The notes beneath the pieces were generated by a model, which was given only the letters and a program-made list of their open reading frames with translations, made no database searches and was not told where the DNA came from. Shown here in pieces: positions 36,134-46,425 of a DNA stretch of 55,313 nucleotides (its first letter is position 1; each line of letters starts with the position of its first letter). A program made the translations under genes and the position numbers. Origin of the DNA: a virus (lineage: Duplodnaviria; Caudoviricetes); the IMG/VR virus record IMGVR_UViG_3300044676_002656, positions 1 through 55,313 of that record; one strand, given 5' to 3'.

Positions 36134-39100
36134 TTAGGAACCCATTAGTTTATCTAATTCTATATCTCGCAGTGCTTCTATGCCACGGTTAAATAATGAT
36201 TGAGGTGGCGGAGGTGAAGGCGGTGGTACAGCACCAGGCATAGGTGGTGGCATGATAAAGCTCGGAGGTTGTGCCATCTGTTGTTGTCTTTCTTCAACAG
36301 CTTTTGGCGTGTATCTCATCTTAGAAAAATCTGCAAGACTAGATCCTATAGCCGTCATGTCAAATGGGTTTGAAACCTTATTGCTATCGCTTCTAATAGC
36401 TTCTGAAATTGTCTGACTGCTTGGGAAGAATGGAACAAATTGTTTTGCAAACAGTTCAGGAATATGAGGCGTCTTGGCTTTAGATAAAGACTTGTAAATA
36501 CTAGACTTATCAATGCCAAGTTTTTCTGCATCATCGATAGCAACGCTTAGGTCTCGCAATGCTTTAAACCTTTGTTCGTTAGCAAGAATATAAGCTTTAG
36601 TTACAGCCGAAGCTTCGACGTTTCCTCTAGACTTTGCGATCTGGTTAAAGATCCTAGAGGCTTCTCTTACCTGTCGAGCGGCTTCGTACCCTCTATACTG
36701 TAGGGTTTTTTCTATATCAAGCTTAATGGTTTTAACACCGCTTAAAGCTTCAACAAACTTACCCGCAGCATCAATCCTAACACCTCTTTTGTTAACACCG
36801 GACATTGCGTCTGCGCCCAAAGCCTGACCTATGGCCCTTGGAAAATCCTTTACATCGTAACCAATATAAGCCGGACTAGACACATCTCCCTTAAGAGATA
36901 TTGGGCTTATGCCTGGAGTTAAACCTTCTGCAAAATGAGCAAATCCTTTTGAAATCTTTAACCCAAGTGGGTCCGCATCGTTATATATCTGACCGCCATA
37001 AGCGTTTTTGTTTCGTCCAAGATTTAATATTTTTTCAGTAATAATTGACTCACTGAAAAACGGAGAAAAGAACTCACCACTACTTTCCCAGGCTGCATCA
37101 AGAGCTATATTTGAAAGATCTTTTTCTGCTGTAATGCCATTATTAACAGCATTAAATGCAGCTCTTGCTGGCTTAGTAAGATAGTCGTATGGGTTTGTGT
37201 AAGAAAAATTGTAAACCTCCGTGACATTGCCGTCCTTGTCAGAAGCGATTGGTATAAGTGTTGCATTCTTTTCCCAATCTTGAGCAAAAGATCTTTTAAA
37301 AGCATCTACTTGTTCTTGTGAAGATCCAGTGAGCATCATTGCAGAAGCGGAAAGACCGCCAGCTATGCCGCCATCTACAGCTAGACTTCCCATTAAACGC
37401 CTCATACCAATAGATCTAATCTCTGGAGATTCGCTTGCTAATTCTTTAATCGACCGACCAATTACGTTTCCGCTGGTTCTGATTATCTCAGCAGGAAACG
37501 CAATGAAGTTTCCTAAAGGAGCTTTTCTTAAGGTTTTAATGAACTCAGGAACCCTAGCGTAGTTAGGCACTGTATCCTTTACGATCTCGGCAGCTTCTCT
37601 TTGAAGAAAGTTTTCAAGTTGATCGCCCTTAAGCTGACTTGGCGTTAACCCAGACTGTTGCAAATCAATAATGTTTCGAGCATCGGTTACAGGTATGTTA
37701 GTCGGGCTCTTGCTAAAGGCATCTCTTAGTCTGCCAAGCTCCATCTCATAGCTATATATTTTCCAAACATCATCAGATCCTTGGTATAACTTTCCAGAAA
37801 ATCTGTTCTGAGTGTTCTCCGCTGCGCTAAGAACTTTTCTCATGATGTTACCACCAAGCACGCCACTCTTGGCCTGCAAAGCATCCTTGAAAAGACTTTC
37901 AAACTCACCCATTTTTGCGTTGGAATTAACAATTCCAAGCTCAATCATCTTTCTGTAATACTCATCAATGGCTTGTTTTGAACCGGCCTTGGCGTTACTT
38001 CTTGGAAGACTTAGTCCTTCACCAACTTTTCTTTGGCCTATTTGACTTAAGACTGTTTGCATGGAGTTTAATAACGTTTCGCCATTTCCAAAATTGCCAT
38101 TCTTTAACGCGAAGAAAGCTGCAGTCGTAGCGTTTCTTATCTGGGTAATAGGACTGTAGACCGTCTTTGCAACCTGGGACATACCTTTTATCCCGAGAAA
38201 GGTTGCATACAGTTTATTTAAAGGGCCATCTCCCAAGGTTGTTTTAGCATCCTCAAGGGCTCTTAAGTAATCTTTCTTGACGTACTTTCCTGCAAGTGGG
38301 CCAAACCTCATCTTCATTGATTCTGTTATTTCTCCAGTTGGATCTGGCGAACTAAAGCCAATCCTAGAGTAAGCGCCAAGGTCTTCTGGCCGAGTAATCT
38401 GAACGTTATCAAGTATGAACTTGCTTTCAGGAGGCAAAGAATCATTGTACTTAAGAAGATTTTTAAAATAACTTGCTTGAGACAACTGCTTTGATATCAC
38501 GTCAACAGTTTCAACGGCCTTAGTTCTCAGCCCAATCCTTTGTTCTTCTAAACTTCTTTGCCTAATGACGCCATCTTCGTAAGAAGATCCGTTCTTTCGG
38601 ACTCTTCCGATGACATCAGATCCGCCAGAGTATTCTCCCAAGAAGTCTCTAATAGCTGGAAGATTATCCAACTTCTTGTTTTTCAAAACTCCTTGCTTTA
38701 CACCCTTTAATGTTTCTTCTTCAAACATCATGTTAGGTTTCATCTTTGCATTTGAAAACTGAACGTTACTTCTCATAACGTTTAGTTGAGATAAAGCCTG
38801 ATCCGGAGTTAGCTCATCACCCGCCTGCCTGCTTGCTTCAATTATCTCTTCTTGAGCTGCTTTTATTTGTTCCATGCTGGGAACATATTCTTGAGAAGAC
38901 TTAATGGTTCTATAAAGCCTAGTGCCATAATATTTTTGGTTTGTTTCCCCAATAGCTTTTACCAAAGCCTTGTTAAGATCTGGATCAAGGAACTGATCTT
39001 CTTTTGAAAGAGATGTAGAAAGATTGTCTATATACCCTCTGAAATCTTCAGCTGATCTTAAAAGGCTGTAATCTTTTTTGCCAAACAAAGACTTCATATC

Positions 39101-40222
39101 AGATGAAGCTATCTCTTTATCAAGGCTTTCAAGAATGCTTCTTGCTTGCTGTCTGACAAGCTCTCGACTTACAGTCTTACCGCCTATCGTTCTGGGTTCA
39201 GCAAACATAAAGTCATTGAGAGCGTTTAATGCATATCTTTCATCTTCAGCGTTAAGCTTGCCAGCCTTCTTTAACGACTTTAATCCATTGTCTATTTCTT
39301 CAAAGCTGTTTCTTGCAAACTGATTGTCAGAAGATACTTGCTGCAACTTTATAGCATCAAGCTGCTTTGCCACTTCATTTGGCATTTTGCCCTGAAACGT
39401 AAAGTTATTCTTTAACTTAGAGTATGCCTTATCAATCATTCTCTTTCGAAGTTGAGGATTTTCTAATCCCGAATTAACTCCAGTTAGTTTGTATAAGGTT
39501 TCCTTATCTTTGACTGCACTCAATGCGCTTTCAGCTTTTTGAGCAGCCTTCTGAGCCATTGAAGTTCTTGAAACTGCGTCAGCAGTAGCGCCAATTCCAG
39601 CGCCAGCTAAACCTAGAATTTTTGGAGCACCAAGAACTATAGCTGCACCTTCAGCAGCAACCTTTAGCCTGTTGGTTAGTTCTGCAGCAGCTCTTTCAGA
39701 TCCTTCTAACTGATCCGTATCTATTCTTTTGGTAGGTCCTCCATCAAAAAAGTCACCGAGAGTCTCAACGTCAGGCGTTGTTGCCAGTACATCAGCAGCG
39801 CCAAACGCGCCAAGTTGTCCTGCTTTACCCAGCTTGTATGCTTTGGCAGCTTTTGCAGCTAGTCCGCCTGGAACGGCGAACTGAGTAAGAAATTTAACAG
39901 CTTCACCTAAGCCGGTTGATGTTGTTGGCTTGAACTGCGAATAAAACTCTCTAACCGTTTCTGCTTGGTTTGTTTCTCCATCAGAAACGAAATCAATTAT
40001 CTCCGCAGGAAAGCTTGCAAGTCCTTCAACCGCGCCAACCAATCCAGCGCCTATGGCTCTAGCTATTTCTCCTGGAGCGGAAACATCTTCTTCACCGAAT
40101 TCAACTGCTCTTTCCTGTATAGGATTGTTGTCGTAAAAATTTTGAGCAGATTTTAAAGCAAAAGCTTTATCATCCGTATCGACATCAACTGATCTTCCGT
40201 CAGGCAAATCTACAGTAATCAT
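36134..40222 (-). CDS. Large internal virion / DNA ejection protein
   Basis: 1362 aa, helical; last of the ejection-type cluster; KTVYSPITQIRN, VKDTVPNY, PLGNFIAFPAEIIR. Confidence 0.65.
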   Translation of the reverse strand: MITVDLPDGRSVDVDTDDKAFALKSAQNFYDNNPIQERAVEFGEEDVSAPGEIARAIGAGLVGAVEGLASFPAEIIDFVSDGETNQAETVREFYSQFKPTTSTGLGEAVKFLTQFAVPGGLAAKAAKAYKLGKAGQLGAFGAADVLATTPDVETLGDFFDGGPTKRIDTDQLEGSERAAAELTNRLKVAAEGAAIVLGAPKILGLAGAGIGATADAVSRTSMAQKAAQKAESALSAVKDKETLYKLTGVNSGLENPQLRKRMIDKAYSKLKNNFTFQGKMPNEVAKQLDAIKLQQVSSDNQFARNSFEEIDNGLKSLKKAGKLNAEDERYALNALNDFMFAEPRTIGGKTVSRELVRQQARSILESLDKEIASSDMKSLFGKKDYSLLRSAEDFRGYIDNLSTSLSKEDQFLDPDLNKALVKAIGETNQKYYGTRLYRTIKSSQEYVPSMEQIKAAQEEIIEASRQAGDELTPDQALSQLNVMRSNVQFSNAKMKPNMMFEEETLKGVKQGVLKNKKLDNLPAIRDFLGEYSGGSDVIGRVRKNGSSYEDGVIRQRSLEEQRIGLRTKAVETVDVISKQLSQASYFKNLLKYNDSLPPESKFILDNVQITRPEDLGAYSRIGFSSPDPTGEITESMKMRFGPLAGKYVKKDYLRALEDAKTTLGDGPLNKLYATFLGIKGMSQVAKTVYSPITQIRNATTAAFFALKNGNFGNGETLLNSMQTVLSQIGQRKVGEGLSLPRSNAKAGSKQAIDEYYRKMIELGIVNSNAKMGEFESLFKDALQAKSGVLGGNIMRKVLSAAENTQNRFSGKLYQGSDDVWKIYSYEMELGRLRDAFSKSPTNIPVTDARNIIDLQQSGLTPSQLKGDQLENFLQREAAEIVKDTVPNYARVPEFIKTLRKAPLGNFIAFPAEIIRTSGNVIGRSIKELASESPEIRSIGMRRLMGSLAVDGGIAGGLSASAMMLTGSSQEQVDAFKRSFAQDWEKNATLIPIASDKDGNVTEVYNFSYTNPYDYLTKPARAAFNAVNNGITAEKDLSNIALDAAWESSGEFFSPFFSESIITEKILNLGRNKNAYGGQIYNDADPLGLKISKGFAHFAEGLTPGISPISLKGDVSSPAYIGYDVKDFPRAIGQALGADAMSGVNKRGVRIDAAGKFVEALSGVKTIKLDIEKTLQYRGYEAARQVREASRIFNQIAKSRGNVEASAVTKAYILANEQRFKALRDLSVAIDDAEKLGIDKSSIYKSLSKAKTPHIPELFAKQFVPFFPSSQTISEAIRSDSNKVSNPFDMTAIGSSLADFSKMRYTPKAVEERQQQMAQPPSFIMPPPMPGAVPPPSPPPPQSLFNRGIEALRDIELDKLMGS

Positions 40223-42165
40223 TAGGTTGCGGAAGCTCCTGGCAATGTGACTCTAGGTTGAGATCCCACACCAGATGTACTAGGATCTGCCTTTTTCTCT
40301 CCTCCATAAGTAGAATTTACAGTATCTTCTATTTGTTCAACGGTCCCAGGCTTAAGTTGACCGGTATTTGAATCAACTAACAAAGGGTTTTTGTAAGCGG
40401 CTGTAAACAAGCTGGCCCTGAAGGCTTCTTTACCGTCTGAGGACTTCAGTAAAAGACTTAAAGCTTCTTCGTCTTTCATTCCTGGGTTTATAGATTTTAT
40501 AAGCTCATAGTTCTTTTCCATAGCCGTCTTGCCAGCCTGCTCATAATTCTTAAGCTTGGCCTGCTCAATCTCATAGTCCCGCCCACCTTCGTATACATCA
40601 GCAACAAAGCTTCTAGGAACAAAGCCTTCTGTAGGTTTAGAGGCTCTTATCAAGCCAGCTCGAAGCTTCTTATCTGAAAGAAGACCGCCAATAATATCAC
40701 CAGTTTTAGAAAGAAAGCTGGGTTCTGGCGGCGTTGGTGGTGGTTCCGTTATCGAAGCTTCTGCATCAGCAGCAGCCTGGGCAGCAGCAGCCTGGGCAGC
40801 AGCAGCTGCTTGAGCATCTATTGCCGCTTGATCTACAGCCTCTTCGTCGTCGCCAAAAAGGTTTGCAACAGTAAGTGCTATTGTTCCCGCTCCTCCTACA
40901 CCTCCGACGGTTAATGCAGCTTTCTGTTTTGTTGTCAGTGGCGGTTTGGCTAATGCTTCTATGCCACCTCTTGCTGCGCGTGTACCGCCTGCTGCTACGG
41001 CAGCTCGCTCCGAAGAAGAGGCCATAGGGATTACATTTCCAGAACTATCAAGAGGTATGCCTGGGTCTTGCATCTCGACATCGGGTCTATCTCCAGATCT
41101 AACTCTTGGTCTAGGAGCGCCAGGATCAAGCATCTCTATACCACGCCTAGCACTAGGATCCATCATCGGAATATCGGGAGGAATCAAGTCATCTGCGCTT
41201 CTCATAACATCATCTTGAACGTCAGGAATGTTATCAAAAGGGCTCCTGCCTCCTGCACCAAGAGATTCTTCAGCACTTCTAATAACATCATCTTCAAACT
41301 CAGGAATATCATCACCAGCTCTTCTTACATTTGCCGGTGACAAAACGCCGCCCATATCATCTATTCCTCCCTTAATACCGGCAGTGCCTTGTATAAGGTC
41401 CTCGGGAAGGTCAAGACTTCTTGCATCTTCAGCGTCAATCTCGCCCCGCTTCAACGCATCAAGCGTCTTTTCAATCCAAGGGCCACCTGATTTCTTAAGG
41501 AAGAGTATGCTATCGATTAAAACACCGCCAAGAGATCCTCCCGCAAACTTAGGAACGATTGATGCAATGCCACCATTCGCAAATCCTTGAGCGGCCATTA
41601 CCTGAGCGGCAAAGTCATCGCCATATGATTCAGCGACTCTTGCTCTAATAGCATCAGGATCTGGCTTCTGTCGAAGGTTGCTAATAGCACTAGCAACTTC
41701 CATAACTTCATCTGAAAACTGCGGTTCTTCATCTTCAAATAACCTTGGAACTTCTCCGGCAAGCCTAACGCCTTCAAACGCTCCAGCAGCTTTAGCGCCT
41801 GTACCGGCGGCGTCTTTTAAGGTGTCAAACTTTTCCATTTGATTTACAAGCTTGGATCCTTTGACGCCAGCCTTCATTAGTTTTGCAGCAGCATAGGCTG
41901 GCGGAAACGAAAGAAGCCCCATGGTCATATAATCAAGAGGGTCTGACGGATCAAAGATAATGTTAGTCAAGTCTCGAAGGTTCATTCCAGAACCTTGCTC
42001 AGTCTGCTCCATAGAAAAGAAGTCTTCGGCAACAAGACCGCCATCTTCAAACCCTTGAACAGGCGCAACACCCGCCATGATGCCGCCACCTTGGCGGGTC
42101 TGCGGTGTCTGGAACATAGGACGGTCATAAATTTCTGGACGGTACATCATATCTTGTCGGTTCAT
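40222..42165 (-). CDS. Putative internal virion / ejection protein
   Basis: 647 aa; FEDGG, FANGG and FAGG motifs; one Gly/Ala hydrophobic segment. Confidence 0.6.
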   Translation of the reverse strand: MNRQDMMYRPEIYDRPMFQTPQTRQGGGIMAGVAPVQGFEDGGLVAEDFFSMEQTEQGSGMNLRDLTNIIFDPSDPLDYMTMGLLSFPPAYAAAKLMKAGVKGSKLVNQMEKFDTLKDAAGTGAKAAGAFEGVRLAGEVPRLFEDEEPQFSDEVMEVASAISNLRQKPDPDAIRARVAESYGDDFAAQVMAAQGFANGGIASIVPKFAGGSLGGVLIDSILFLKKSGGPWIEKTLDALKRGEIDAEDARSLDLPEDLIQGTAGIKGGIDDMGGVLSPANVRRAGDDIPEFEDDVIRSAEESLGAGGRSPFDNIPDVQDDVMRSADDLIPPDIPMMDPSARRGIEMLDPGAPRPRVRSGDRPDVEMQDPGIPLDSSGNVIPMASSSERAAVAAGGTRAARGGIEALAKPPLTTKQKAALTVGGVGGAGTIALTVANLFGDDEEAVDQAAIDAQAAAAAQAAAAQAAADAEASITEPPPTPPEPSFLSKTGDIIGGLLSDKKLRAGLIRASKPTEGFVPRSFVADVYEGGRDYEIEQAKLKNYEQAGKTAMEKNYELIKSINPGMKDEEALSLLLKSSDGKEAFRASLFTAAYKNPLLVDSNTGQLKPGTVEQIEDTVNSTYGGEKKADPSTSGVGSQPRVTLPGASAT

Positions 42166-42172
42166 TTTCCTA

Positions 42173-44158
42173 TCATCCCCTGTTCTGCCATTGATTCCAA
42201 AGATCTAGACCTTGGCCTGCTAATCCTAAGTAACCAGCAACCTTGCCTGCGGTCCCTGGGTCTTGATAAGCCCCAACTTGATTAGACTGAGTGCCATACC
42301 CGCTTGAGTATTGCGGCAAGTATCCAGCTAATCCGCCAAGCATTTGCTGGCCACGCTGTAATCTCATGTACGGCTCATCAGCCATCTGTGTCGCAGCAGT
42401 GTATTGATTGCCGTAAGCGCGATCCTGAATGCCTCGACCTGTCTGTCCAAGCCCTGCCATGGTTCCGATCTGACCTGTAAGCATGTTGTATCCTTGCTGA
42501 CCAAGTCCGGCAATACCCGCAGCGCCTCCTCGTTGTGCAGATCCACTTGCGCCGTATGCGTCAAGGGCGGTCCCATACTGTTGTTGAGTCTGACCGAACA
42601 TACCGCTTGCTGCGCCTTGCATCCTACGCATTTGGTCTTCATAACTGCCCATGCCCATCTGTTGAGCTTGCCCGTACTGAGAGGCCATGCCTTGACCAAT
42701 GTCTGCACGTTGGCCAGCAGCGCCTATTTGAGCGCCAATACCTTGCATGCCAAGCTGACCACGTTGAGCAGCAGAGCTACCGATATCTCTACCAGCTTGC
42801 ATCCCAGCCTGACCTTGAGATTGAGCCGTGCTAAATGCTTGTTGACCCAACCGCGCTTGAAGTTCCGCTGTAGAGATACCCATGTCGGCAGCTTGCTTAG
42901 AAAGTTGAGCTTCATTCAATTTGCTTGTCATGCCAAGCTGACCGCCTTGAAATGCGCCAGACTGAGCCAGCTCTTCCGCAGATAAGCCCAAGTTTCCTGC
43001 CGCTTGCGCTGCTTGTAATCGAGTTGCTGCGCCAGCTTGGCCAAGGGACGATGTCAGTTGTCCAAGGTTTTGCTGACGGCCTTGAGCTTGCTCAAAGGAT
43101 TGCTGCGCTTGTTGCGCCGCTTGCTGATAGCCTTGAGATCTTAATTGAGCACCAGTTTTAGCCTGCTGCTGCAAGATATTTCTACCGATCTCAGCTTGCT
43201 CAATGCCGCCTCTAGATCCACCAAAAGCACCAGATTGAATGGCTTGAGCTTTTGCCTGCTGCCTCTGCTTGTTGCCAAGCCTTTCAATCTCTGCTTGTTC
43301 GGCATCGATTACGTTTTGAGTATACGGATCCATAAACCTATCAATAGTAGATGGATCAAATTGAGCACCGGTTCCTTTTAATGCCGCTATGCCTTCTTGA
43401 GCATATTTTCTAGATGATTCGCCAGCACTCTTTAATTCTCTTCCAGCTTGAGCTGTTTGGGCTCTTGCTCTTGTTGTCGCATCTAAAGCTCTTTGTTGAG
43501 CGGTTCCAACTTGAGATCCTATGCCGGAAGCTGCTGATCTTATATCAGCCTGCCCTGTTCGTGATTCAGAACCTGCCATTCGAGCGGAATCTAACGCCAT
43601 TCTCTGAGCTATCGCAGCTTCATCCGCAGAGCTTGCAGCGCCTTGTCTAATTAAATCTTCACCTTCTCTCATGTCAGCTTGAGCAAGATTAATTTGCCCA
43701 GGTATTTCTCTAGAAAGATCACCTAACTCTTGAGATGCACCTCGCATCATTGATCGCCCTTCGGCGTCGAGAAACTGTTGCCCCATGGTTGGATCATAAG
43801 CGCCAATGCTTTGCATATACAAAGCTCGAGCTTGAGGATCTCCATAAATCCCAGCCGTTCTGGGATCGAATGCTTGTCCAGACTGACGATACATTCTTTC
43901 CGCTTCAGCAAGCTGGCCACCAAAACCACCAAGGCCTTGAGCCATATTCCTAGCTTGAATCTCAAGCGGAGAAAGACCAGCGACTTGCTGAATCGGAATG
44001 GGAATCTGCTGGCTTATTAAACCTGGTTGATCAGGCGTTCCGAAGTAACTCGCCAAAAGGTTCCTTGAGGTAAGCTCTACCGCAGGATCATAATACTGCT
44101 GCGAAGCACTCGGAAGAACATATGGTTGTTCCTGATCAGTTAATACTGTTTCACTCAT
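42173..44158 (-). CDS. Gln/Ala/Gly-rich ejection (pilot-like) protein
   Basis: 661 aa; FMDPYTQNVI...GAFGGSR; helical. Confidence 0.62.
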   Translation of the reverse strand: MSETVLTDQEQPYVLPSASQQYYDPAVELTSRNLLASYFGTPDQPGLISQQIPIPIQQVAGLSPLEIQARNMAQGLGGFGGQLAEAERMYRQSGQAFDPRTAGIYGDPQARALYMQSIGAYDPTMGQQFLDAEGRSMMRGASQELGDLSREIPGQINLAQADMREGEDLIRQGAASSADEAAIAQRMALDSARMAGSESRTGQADIRSAASGIGSQVGTAQQRALDATTRARAQTAQAGRELKSAGESSRKYAQEGIAALKGTGAQFDPSTIDRFMDPYTQNVIDAEQAEIERLGNKQRQQAKAQAIQSGAFGGSRGGIEQAEIGRNILQQQAKTGAQLRSQGYQQAAQQAQQSFEQAQGRQQNLGQLTSSLGQAGAATRLQAAQAAGNLGLSAEELAQSGAFQGGQLGMTSKLNEAQLSKQAADMGISTAELQARLGQQAFSTAQSQGQAGMQAGRDIGSSAAQRGQLGMQGIGAQIGAAGQRADIGQGMASQYGQAQQMGMGSYEDQMRRMQGAASGMFGQTQQQYGTALDAYGASGSAQRGGAAGIAGLGQQGYNMLTGQIGTMAGLGQTGRGIQDRAYGNQYTAATQMADEPYMRLQRGQQMLGGLAGYLPQYSSGYGTQSNQVGAYQDPGTAGKVAGYLGLAGQGLDLWNQWQNRG

Positions 44159-46089
44159 CGTGACATCCCCGCAGCTTTTTCGCCCATCTTCTGAAGCGCA
44201 TACATAGCCCGTGCGCCTTCTCGTCTTTGATCGTGTTTGCCGCCATCAGCGCCCATCATATCGCCTATTCCTCGAACTGCTTTAGCGTTAACAACAAACT
44301 CACCATCGCTTAACATGGCGGGAATGTCATCAGATCTTTCAGTGCCAGGGCCGGATATTTGTCCGTTCTTTCTTGGAAAGTCAGTAGATCCACCTGCGCT
44401 AAATCCAGCAATACTACCTAAAGATCCGATACCGCCAATCCCTAACTCGCCAAGTCCTCCCCCGCTGATTTCTGAAATAGACCTATCAAAATCTTTTTTT
44501 CGTTGTTCCCATTCATCTAACGCGGTTTCGTATTCTTTTTGAGAAGCCATCTGACCTCTTCCGCTAAAAGGCGGAAAGTCAGACCGGACAGGTTTAGGAT
44601 AAATGGATTCATAGTAATCGTCTGTTTGAATCTCAACATCAGAATCGATGTCGTCTCTCGGTAAGCCCGTGTCGTCTCTCGGTAAGCCCGTGTCCGTGTC
44701 TCCAGGGGGCGTTGTCGTGCCGCCACCTGTCGTGCCGCCACCTGTCGAGGGTCTTTGATAAGTTGTTAAAGGACCAGAGCTTTGCAACGGTCTGCCACCG
44801 CCATAGTTTGCATACTGCATACCCTCAAGACCTTGATAGTTCATACCGTAAGGCGTGATCTCGCCCGAAGGTAGAAAGCTAGAGATGCCTCTGTATCGAG
44901 AATCCATTGTTTGCAAAGGACTTGGCGCAAACCGCTCAAAGTTTGCAGGATCGTTATAAACATTCATAGCCGCATTACGAGCAGCTAACTGCAAATCTGT
45001 GGGTTGAGTTTTATCTGTCGGCATAGTTGTGCCTCCTCCAGTTTGAGTTCCAGATCTATTCCCGCCGGAAGGCAAGTCTGGCCATTGAGGTATGTATACT
45101 GTCTCGTCATTAGGGCGTTGATCGTTAGGGCCATCCCTTCGATCTATTGGGTCATTAGGAGTCCCGCCACCTGTACCACCACCTGTGCCATTGTCTATAG
45201 GACCGGTTGTGGTGCCTCCGCCTGTACCATTATCTATAGGGCCAGTGGTCGTACCACCGCCAGTTCCATCTCCTACTGGTTCAGGATCAGGCGTGGGTGT
45301 CGGTGTGGGTGTAACGGGCGCAGTGGGTGGAGGATCAGGGTCAGGCGTAGGCGTAGGCGTAGGCGTAGGTGTCGGTGTAGGCGTGGGTGTGCCACCACCG
45401 CGAGGATTGCCGCTACCTGGTAATGGAAACGTTGGAAATCCACCACCTGGAAAGTTAGGGATCCCGCCTATCTGAATGTTACCTTCGCCTCCAAAGAATC
45501 TTTTTGCCCAAGCGGCAAGTCTTTCTAGAAAATTTGCGTCATCTTCTCCAGGCTCTTTTACCGGTCTTTCTTCGTCCTTAGTAACCGGGCTGGAGAAGTT
45601 ATCAGTAACAGCAGGGTCACTTGCCTGATTATTTTGTGCGATAAAGATGCTCATCGCTTTTTGAAATTCAGAACGCTCTTCGTCGCTTATTTCGCCATCC
45701 TCATTACGATCAAAGTCGCTAATCTGAGGGCCTTCATCAAAGTTAATATGGCTAAATGGCATATCAACGTTCAATGGAAGTTGTCCGCTACCGGTAAACT
45801 GTGAAGCGTTGGGGACGCCTAGTGTACCGCCAATGTTTCCTAAGCTTGCACCTGGCAGTCCGCCAAAAAAATTTCCCCAGGTTGAAGATCCAGCGATATC
45901 AGAAAAACCCCCAATTCTTCCGATATCGCTAGTTCGTAAAGAGCCTCCTCCCACAATGCCACCCCCAATTATAGAGCCACCGCCAAGGTTTGCCATTCGA
46001 CCCGAAGAACTTAAATTTGGCGTTCCGCCAAGGTGACTACCAATATGACCACCAGCCATCATCTTTATAGGTAACTTACGAATGCTCAT
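44155..46089 (-). CDS. Gly/Pro/Thr-rich putative ejection protein with EF-hand loop and C-terminal GPGT-SD-IPAMLSDGEFV domain
   Basis: 644 aa; PT repeats; motifs read directly from the translation. Confidence 0.65.
   Translation of the reverse strand: MSIRKLPIKMMAGGHIGSHLGGTPNLSSSGRMANLGGGSIIGGGIVGGGSLRTSDIGRIGGFSDIAGSSTWGNFFGGLPGASLGNIGGTLGVPNASQFTGSGQLPLNVDMPFSHINFDEGPQISDFDRNEDGEISDEERSEFQKAMSIFIAQNNQASDPAVTDNFSSPVTKDEERPVKEPGEDDANFLERLAAWAKRFFGGEGNIQIGGIPNFPGGGFPTFPLPGSGNPRGGGTPTPTPTPTPTPTPTPDPDPPPTAPVTPTPTPTPDPEPVGDGTGGGTTTGPIDNGTGGGTTTGPIDNGTGGGTGGGTPNDPIDRRDGPNDQRPNDETVYIPQWPDLPSGGNRSGTQTGGGTTMPTDKTQPTDLQLAARNAAMNVYNDPANFERFAPSPLQTMDSRYRGISSFLPSGEITPYGMNYQGLEGMQYANYGGGRPLQSSGPLTTYQRPSTGGGTTGGGTTTPPGDTDTGLPRDDTGLPRDDIDSDVEIQTDDYYESIYPKPVRSDFPPFSGRGQMASQKEYETALDEWEQRKKDFDRSISEISGGGLGELGIGGIGSLGSIAGFSAGGSTDFPRKNGQISGPGTERSDDIPAMLSDGEFVVNAKAVRGIGDMMGADGGKHDQRREGARAMYALQKMGEKAAGMSR
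44649..44747. repeat. Coding tandem repeats (21 bp x2, 15 bp x2)
   Basis: TGTCGTCTCTCGGTAAGCCCG at 44649 and 44670; TGTCGTGCCGCCACC at 44713 and 44728. Confidence 0.85.
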
Positions 46090-46425
46090 TTAACACTTCC
46101 ATCGGCGTCTTGCTTGACGCAATCTAGAGTTTGGGTTTCTCGCTGCTTTCGGAAACTGCTTCATCTGTCCAGCGGACCTCGCGCAATATGATTTTCTTCT
46201 AGCTGCTCTCTTGCCTGTAGGCTTGCTTTCTGTAACAGCGGTTTGCAATTTACTACCAGGATTAGCGCGTTTATGCGCTCTAACCCCAGCTTCTGTCATG
46301 CCAGCGCCTTCTTCCGTCTTTCGGTAGTTAGGTTTACTACCAGAAGTAGTGCGCCTAATCGGCCTGCCTCTATTCTTCTTAGCAGCACCACCTACCCTAA
46401 AGTTTTGCACATGACGCTTAAACAT
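46090..46425 (-). CDS. Small basic protein (DUF6321-like)
   Basis: NPGSKLQTAV...RRKSYCARSAG...NSRLRQARRRWKC. Confidence 0.7.
   Translation of the reverse strand: MFKRHVQNFRVGGAAKKNRGRPIRRTTSGSKPNYRKTEEGAGMTEAGVRAHKRANPGSKLQTAVTESKPTGKRAARRKSYCARSAGQMKQFPKAARNPNSRLRQARRRWKC

Noticed and set aside
42404-43650. Plus-strand ORFs antisense to the Gln/Ala-rich ejection gene
   Set aside because: Antisense shadows of biased codon usage, with no supporting signals.
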